NCBI RefSeq assembly: GCF_902713615.1
Contig: NW_024056036.1
Coordinates: forward strand, 124,001 to 188,000
Source: Scyliorhinus canicula
Taxonomy: Eukaryota
Reading direction: 5' to 3'
DNA length: 64,000 bases
The translations under genes were made by a program, and so were the position numbers. Of this stretch, positions 58,393 to 64,000 are shown one piece after another; the first letter of the stretch is position 1, and each line of letters starts with the position of its first letter. The notes beneath the pieces are model-generated. The model did not search any database. It had not been told where the DNA came from and worked only from the letters and a program-made list of their open reading frames with translations.

Positions 58393-58482
58393 TGACATCA
58401 CTCGCCTCCCATCCTATCGGCTTGGCCGACACCATCAGGTGAGTTTCTGACGCCCGTGCTTGAATTTGGCGCCCTCTGCTGC
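58393..58482 (-). promoter_or_regulatory. Decamer (58393-58402) plus CTCF motif (58469-58482)
   Basis: AGTGATGTCA and GCAGCAGAGGGCGC at the same spacing as 5296/5372. Confidence 0.65.
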
Positions 58483-58925
58483 CGGATTCGGTTTACTCCG
58501 TGTTAGAATTCGGCTGTTGAGTGGATTCAGTGTTGACTGCAATGCATATCAGGGCGAGAAACCTGGACAGAAATCTAAATTTCAGCTGTTAATACACTAT
58601 CTTTGTCACTATAGGTGTTTCTAATCAAAAAATGATGCTTCTGTAGTTCTCGGTTCACACCATGGATGCGATGAAGTCGAAAGAATGCCAAGATTTTGGT
58701 GGACATGCGGCGGTTAGAACTCAGAATAATAGCAGTTTATTGTGGTTCTGACGAAGAAGGTACAAAGGGGAACTGCTCTGAACATCGCTTTTTTCAGAGA
58801 CCAAATTGTCTGGAATTATTTTCATTAGCTGAAGGTTAAATGTCCTATAAAGAAGATAGGTGAATGATATTTCATGCTGCAAGTGTTTGCGAGACAATGA
58901 AACATCTTTGAATGGATCAGCACCG

Positions 58926-58997
58926 AGGTACGGGCGGGATTTGAACCCGCGATTTTTGGTTTACGAAACCAACGCCTTTCCTCTTGGCCACCGCACC
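58926..58997 (-). tRNA. tRNA-Thr(CGT)
   Basis: Paralog of 5873; T loop TTCAAAT. Confidence 0.78.
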
Positions 58998-59540
58998 TTA
59001 TGCAAGCAAGTGAGGTTGATTGCACTGTGAGTTGTTATCATTTGGAGTCTGGCGCAACAATTGATGAGAGAAGAAGAATCAATAGAACATTTCAAAAAGC
59101 ATTGTCAGAACTTGAGAACGGAAAACCCCGCGGGATTTAAATGCAGGGTAAAAAGGGCAATAGAAAAAGTTATTTCAAATAGGCGCAGGTAGCGTCAGTT
59201 CAATCTGCCCCCAGCCCTCCGACACTGTATTGTTCTCAGTGAGTTGAGCAGGTGCAGGATGGTCACGGGATGCTGGATGCTCAACTGTGGCTATTTCCGC
59301 TCCATCACTTGTGACTGCAGCTGATAACCGCCGCACAATTTTCAGCTTTGAGTCTGCGGTGCACCGGTCACAGTTTCCGTGTGATGCCCTCGCTCCAACA
59401 CCATTGGGATATTCTGGACATTTCTGCCGCTGCTCGATTCCTGTCATTGGTTGGATCAGCAATGCAGTGGGACCTGAATCTGGATTGCTGCTCTGACAGA
59501 TAATTGCCTGCCCTGAAGAGCGATTGATTCAGGAACGATC

Positions 59541-60049
59541 GCGGGGAACTGCCTCGTCACCCTCTTCGTTATGATCTCGCTACTCAGTATTTCCTTCACT
59601 GCAAAACCCCCATTCTCCCCTTACTGAGTAACCAGATATTATTGTTAATTAAATAATAATGAGTATGGTGCAGGTGACCGTTACGTTGGTCAATATGAGG
59701 CTGATTCTGAATTTTGAGATTATTATTGTTTTCTGTTCGTTTCTATCAGACTGGAGCCACCAAGACCCAGTGGAACATCTGGACGCTGAAATGAGGGTTA
59801 AAGAGGATACTGACGCCACACAGCAGTACAATCGATCCTGACGATCCTGATACACAGTCGGCATCCGGGCAGCCTTCACGGTTCATATTCCGTCTGATTG
59901 GAGAGAATCTGCGCAGCAGAAAATGTAGAAGTGATCGCAATATGGCACATATACAGAGAAATATCAGCACACAAATATAGAGATCCCTATATGTGTCTGT
60001 GCCGTCAATCACATTATAGCAGAAAGGCAGTGGGTCCCAGAAACAAACC
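59541..60049 (+). pseudogene. Decayed V gene of the 427/53492 family
   Basis: Leader relic; acceptor at 59749; DWSHQDPVEH; RSS CACATTA-24-AAACAAACC (60010-60049). Confidence 0.75.
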
Positions 60050-60074
60050 GACACCAAGAGGGGTAGGGGTATAT

Positions 60075-60105
<31 letters not shown>

Positions 60106-60199
60106 GGGGGCGGTGATATTCATCTCTCAAGGTGGATGCGAGAGGGCGGTCAGAAAGACCATCGCAATTTATTATTATGTGAAAATGGAGCAAGACGGG

Positions 60200-61100
60200 T
60201 TATTGGATTGGATTTGTTTATTACCGAGGTACAGTGAAAAGTATTTTTCTGCAAGCAGCTCAACAAATCATTCAGTACATGGAAGAAAAGGGAATTAAAC
60301 AAAATTCAACAAAATACAAGAAAATACATGGGACTACATAATAGGGCAGCACAAGATATACAATGTAACTACATATGCATTGGCATCGGTTGAAGCACAC
60401 AGGGTGTAGTGTTAATGAGGTCAGTCAATAAGAGAGTCATTTCGGAGTCTGGTGACAGTGGGGAAACTGCTAACCATCTCCACTTCGTCCACGTTGATGC
60501 TGATAGGGGTTTGGACAGTACTTTGCTTCCTGAAGTCGATGACCAGCTCTTTAGTTTTGCTGGCATTGAGGGAGAGATTGTTGTCGTTACACCACTCCAC
60601 TAGGTTCTCTATCTCCCTCCTGTATTCGGACTCGTCGTTATTCAAGATCCGGCCCACTCTGGTCGTATCGTCAGCCAACTTGTATTGTAGATGGAGTTGG
60701 AACCAAGTTTTGCCACGCAGTCGTGTGTGTACAGAGAGCAGAGTAAGGGGCTAAGTACCCAGCCTTGCGGGGCAACAGTTTTGAGGACTATTGTGGAGGA
60801 GGTGTTGGTGTTCATTCTTATTGACTGTGGTCTGTTGGTCAGAAAGTAAAGGATCCAGTTGCAGAGTGGGGGTGCCAAGTCCCAGGTTTTGGAGCTTTGA
60901 TATGAGCTTGGCTGGGATTATGGTGTTGAAGGCGGAGCTGTAGTCAATAAAGAGGAGTCCTTGTTTTCGAGATGCTCTCGGGATGGGCGTCGGGCCAGGG
61001 AAATGGCGTCTGATGTGGACCGGTTGCGACGGTGTGCAAAGTGAAGTGGGTCAAGGTGTTCCGGGAGGATGGAGGTGATGCGTTTAATGATCAGCCTCTC
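60200..61100 (-). mobile_element. Rex1/Babar LINE fragments
   Basis: ADDTT..NDESEYRREIENLVEWCNDNNLSLNASKTKELVIDFRK; internal deletions. Confidence 0.8.
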
Positions 61101-61179
61101 TGACCTGCTTGGTCTGCTTTCAAAGCCAGCGATTTAGCCCTGTCCTAAACAGATATCATCCAGGAGTGGTACAACAATT

Positions 61180-61220
61180 CGTCTCTGGGTGGCGATCGAA
61201 CCACCAACCTTTCGGCTAAT

Positions 61221-61254
<34 letters not shown>
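61180..61254 (-). pseudogene. tRNA-Asn copy with anticodon mutated to ATT
   Basis: TTCGG-CTATTAG-CCGAA; 1-nt insertion in the T stem. Confidence 0.75.
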
Positions 61255-61892
61255 GACAACAGGATCACAACTCTGTGCATTTCAACAGTGACGGCCAATC
61301 CTCTGATTGCCAGGGACCGAATGAGAATGCTGGTAATATTGGTCCCCTGAGGCAGTGCGGAAAATATCTGGAAGGACCGTACACATGGTCCCGCGGGCAT
61401 GGACATTTGTGAGACGTGGAATCATCACAGGCCCGTGGATTTTACAGAACTCACTTGGACAGCACCACACTTTCGTTGAAACACGTCCCTTATCTGGGAA
61501 CCTCCATAACAGAAAGCAGGAAATGTCAACATAGATTTGATGTATTTTCGATCAGAAAGTCGATGTTCCGCTGAAGATTACTGGGGGCTCAGACTCGTTG
61601 GCATAAGGTCGACCTAAGTTAACGGTCCTGGAAGATGTTATTATCCCCACATCTGAGAACTTTCATTACTGCTGCTCGGAAGTGGATATTCCAAGCTTAA
61701 ATTTACTGTGCATCGCGACATGCTGATTAATCTCACGAATCCGAAACGGCTCCTCTATTGACCAATACAAGGACAGAGACGGCAATGCAATTGTGGAGAA
61801 ATAGACCTGAATATTTTTCTGAATCCAGATCAAACCATCCTCCGGTACAAGGGCAGGAACGCAAATTTACTGGAATTGAAAATACTCTCTGA

Positions 61893-62172
61893 GGCTTTCG
61901 TACGTGGTTGTAGCTGCTTTGTGGCACTGTGCTCATTGCACAGTAATAGACCGCTCCATCCTCCACACTGAGCGCGTTTATATTGAGGTAACCATTCTTT
62001 TTAGACTTGTTGGCAGCCGCCAGGCATCGTCCTGAGATCTCCTCTTTCTTCATCGTCAATATGTTAATGATGACCAATCTCGGCGGCTGTACCGGCTTTT
62101 GCTGATACCATAGCATGTGGTACATGGTCCTGTCTGTATATCCGCAATCTAACTGTACTGAACCCCCTTCTG
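61893..62172 (-). pseudogene. 5'-truncated V segment, open frame, canonical RSS
   Basis: ..LDCGYTDRTMYHMLWYQQKP..EDGAVYYCAMS; RSS CACAGTG-23-ACGAAAGCC (61931-61893); no leader or N-terminal FR1. Confidence 0.85.
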
Positions 62173-62343
62173 ATTTCTAACCTGTCCCGGTTTTTATGAA
62201 AGGTGATTGTGAAAGACGAACTTTGTTGTCCTGTCGACAAATGCCGCCAGACTACCTGAGATGTTGCAGTACTTTTGGCGTTCTCCGCAGATGTTAGATT
62301 GATTTTCGATGGCAATGACAGTATGCTTTGACTCTTTTCGTGG

Positions 62344-62420
62344 GGCTCGTTGGTCTAGGGGTATGATTCACGCTTTGGGTGTATCGCTGTCGGAATTTGC
62401 GAGAGATCCCGGACGAGCCC
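62344..62420 (+). pseudogene. Intron-containing tRNA-Pro(TGG), T-arm deleted
   Basis: Intron TGTATCGCTGTCGGAATT; same 13-nt deletion as 8443. Confidence 0.8.
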
Positions 62421-62614
62421 TTCGATGAGGTTTTCCGTTGGTCAAACCGCATGTTTTCTTCATTTCTTTGCGGCGGAGACAGCGGGATTCATTCACATTG
62501 GGTTTCCTTTGAGAAGCTGAGCTCAAACTGCAGGGAACCAATACGTTCCCGAGAAGCTTGTCTATGTGTGGGCATTCACATTTCTATTGACTAATTCTGG
62601 TGGACTCAGACAGC

Positions 62615-63170
62615 TCTTTGTCCCTTTCCTTTTATCAGTTCAACAACTTCAGACAGTGAACTCTCACTTCTCCCTCCACCACATGTTTTTTCCATCAACT
62701 TATCATTCCTTCCATTGATATGTTTTACCCTCAGCATTGCCCACCTCCCCCCAGCCCATACCATCCTACTTGATCAATCTGATCCCTGTTTGTAATTGTT
62801 CTCTGACGCACTGCTTACCTTTGTTCTGCCATTAACACATTCTGACCGCTTGATGCGCCATCAGCACCTTCCTTAGCCTTGATTAGCCTCATTTACATTC
62901 CCTTTTTCTTTCTGTCCGAGACATTTTCGTTATTTCCCACCTATTGCTAGCCCTCTATCGAGGCCCAATACACCAGCCCCACCCCCACCCCCCCACCCAC
63001 AATCGTCTGAATCTCCAGTTCCAGTTCTCCAGCTTTGACAAAGAGTCCACTTGACTGGAAACGACAGCTGCCATTTCGCTCCCCAGAGGCTGTCAGACCT
63101 GCTGAGATTATCCAGTATTTTCTGGTTTTGTTTCCATTTGAAGCATCCGCAGTAACTTGCATTTGTCACA
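62615..63170 (+). mobile_element. Penelope-like 3' remnant (copy)
   Basis: Paralog of 8735-9290. Confidence 0.55.
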
Positions 63171-63470
63171 CATTTAGACATGTTTGAGATGGTGATTAAA
63201 TATGTTCATTTGTAAATCGCTGAAATTCTGTTCTGGATAAACTAGCTGCTAAGTGTGCGAGGTGTGCCAAGATATGAAAATTCTTCACCTCTCATTGCCT
63301 GCCGAAAAATCAGTGCTTGGGCCTCAATGTTCAATTCAGTTTAGTGGCTCATGTGAGACGAAATCTCATAGTCCTGGAACACACGAGTTTCCGGCAACAT
63401 TCAGGAAACAGAATTATTTTGTGCCCAATAATTGTGCAAAAATTCCTCATAAGAAATGCTAAATGTTCGA

Positions 63471-63543
63471 TGTTTCTGCGCGGTTTCGAACCGGGTACTT
63501 TTCGCATGTGAGGCGAATGTGATAACCACTACACTACAGAAAT
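63471..63543 (-). tRNA. tRNA-Val(CAC), several substitutions
   Basis: ATTTCTGTAGTGTAGTGGTTATCACATTCGCCTCACATGCG..; G1>A. Confidence 0.75.
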
Positions 63544-63749
63544 TGCTGGCAATCAATGAACGTGCGGAATGTACAACCTCACTGTGTTGCTGCAGATTCT
63601 GAAGGTCTGTTTGAGAGGCCAGGTCCCTTGTTGCAAGCGACAGCTGTTTCTTAAATTAACACATGTCTCAACATATAAAGCCGTGAGATGTAGAAATTCT
63701 ATCGAAATTAACATAAATTATATTTTGCTTAATGTCGGTCTTAAATTTG

Positions 63750-63839
63750 TGCTCTTTGGTCTCGAGGTCTGGTTCTCGTTTAGGGATTTTCAATCAATGC
63801 CTTTGGGAGAGGTCGTGGGTTTAAATCCAGGACAGGCTC
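63750..63839 (+). pseudogene. Decayed tRNA-Pro(AGG) with 18-nt insert (63786-63803)
   Basis: 15 mismatches over 72 ungapped positions against the vertebrate Pro-AGG body; insert ATTTTCAATCAATGCCTT; T-run immediately 3'. Confidence 0.75.
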
Positions 63840-64000
63840 TTTTCTCCAGGTCAGAGATTATGAATTGTTTGCGATGCTGACGGCGGGGTTGATTTACATT
63901 GGCCCACTCTGAAAAAGATTTCTCAGGACTCGGAATGTTTCCGTCGTTTCTCTCCCCACAGATGATGCTCGAGAGAGAGAGACAGTGTCTGAGCTGGAGT

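Larger units (their letters stand above)
53071..63290 (+). repeat. Direct segmental duplicate of 1-9408
   Basis: Colinear high similarity from GAATAAG.TAACCATTTCAAAG to TTCTTCACCT, with copy-specific indels. Confidence 0.9.

Noticed and set aside
1-64000. D, J or C segments and 12-RSSs
   Set aside because: No heptamer-12-nonamer, FGxG J motif or C-domain exon was found by eye; every RSS seen is a V-type 23/24 signal
1-64000. CRISPR-like or prokaryotic systems; the many 60-130 aa ORFs recurring in the track
   Set aside because: Sequence is vertebrate; recurring ORFs are chance frames over SINEs, tRNA genes and segmental duplicates

Overview
Vertebrate genomic DNA from a cartilaginous fish; the repeat content looks elasmobranch, possibly catshark-like (inference). 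The window is part of a T-cell receptor alpha/delta V-segment cluster. I find 6 apparently intact leader+V genes with 3' recombination signal sequences (RSS), three on each strand. There are also about 20 V pseudogenes, relics or fragments. No D, J or C segments were seen. The V cluster is interleaved and co-duplicated with about 26 tRNA genes and pseudogenes (Thr-CGT, Asn, Pro-TGG, Pro-AGG, Val, Arg-ACG) in a mosaic of direct and inverted segmental duplications. Most notable: (1) tRNA-Pro genes with an 18-nt intron at the canonical 37/38 position, one of them otherwise perfect, plus a decayed Pro-AGG family with a different 18-nt insert at the same site; (2) CTCF-consensus motifs placed either 24-25 bp 3' of RSSs that have unusual 24-nt spacers, or about 165-190 bp upstream of V start codons, usually together with a CRE-like TCR decamer; (3) small Penelope-type insertions carrying minimal hammerhead ribozymes and target-site duplications (TSDs), one inside a V leader exon. 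Background repeats include a young CR1 LINE with an uninterrupted ORF2, Rex1/Babar, L1 and Penelope remnants, HE1-like SINEs, a DeuSINE-like element and a probable solo LTR. All coordinates and alignments were read by eye; no searches were run.
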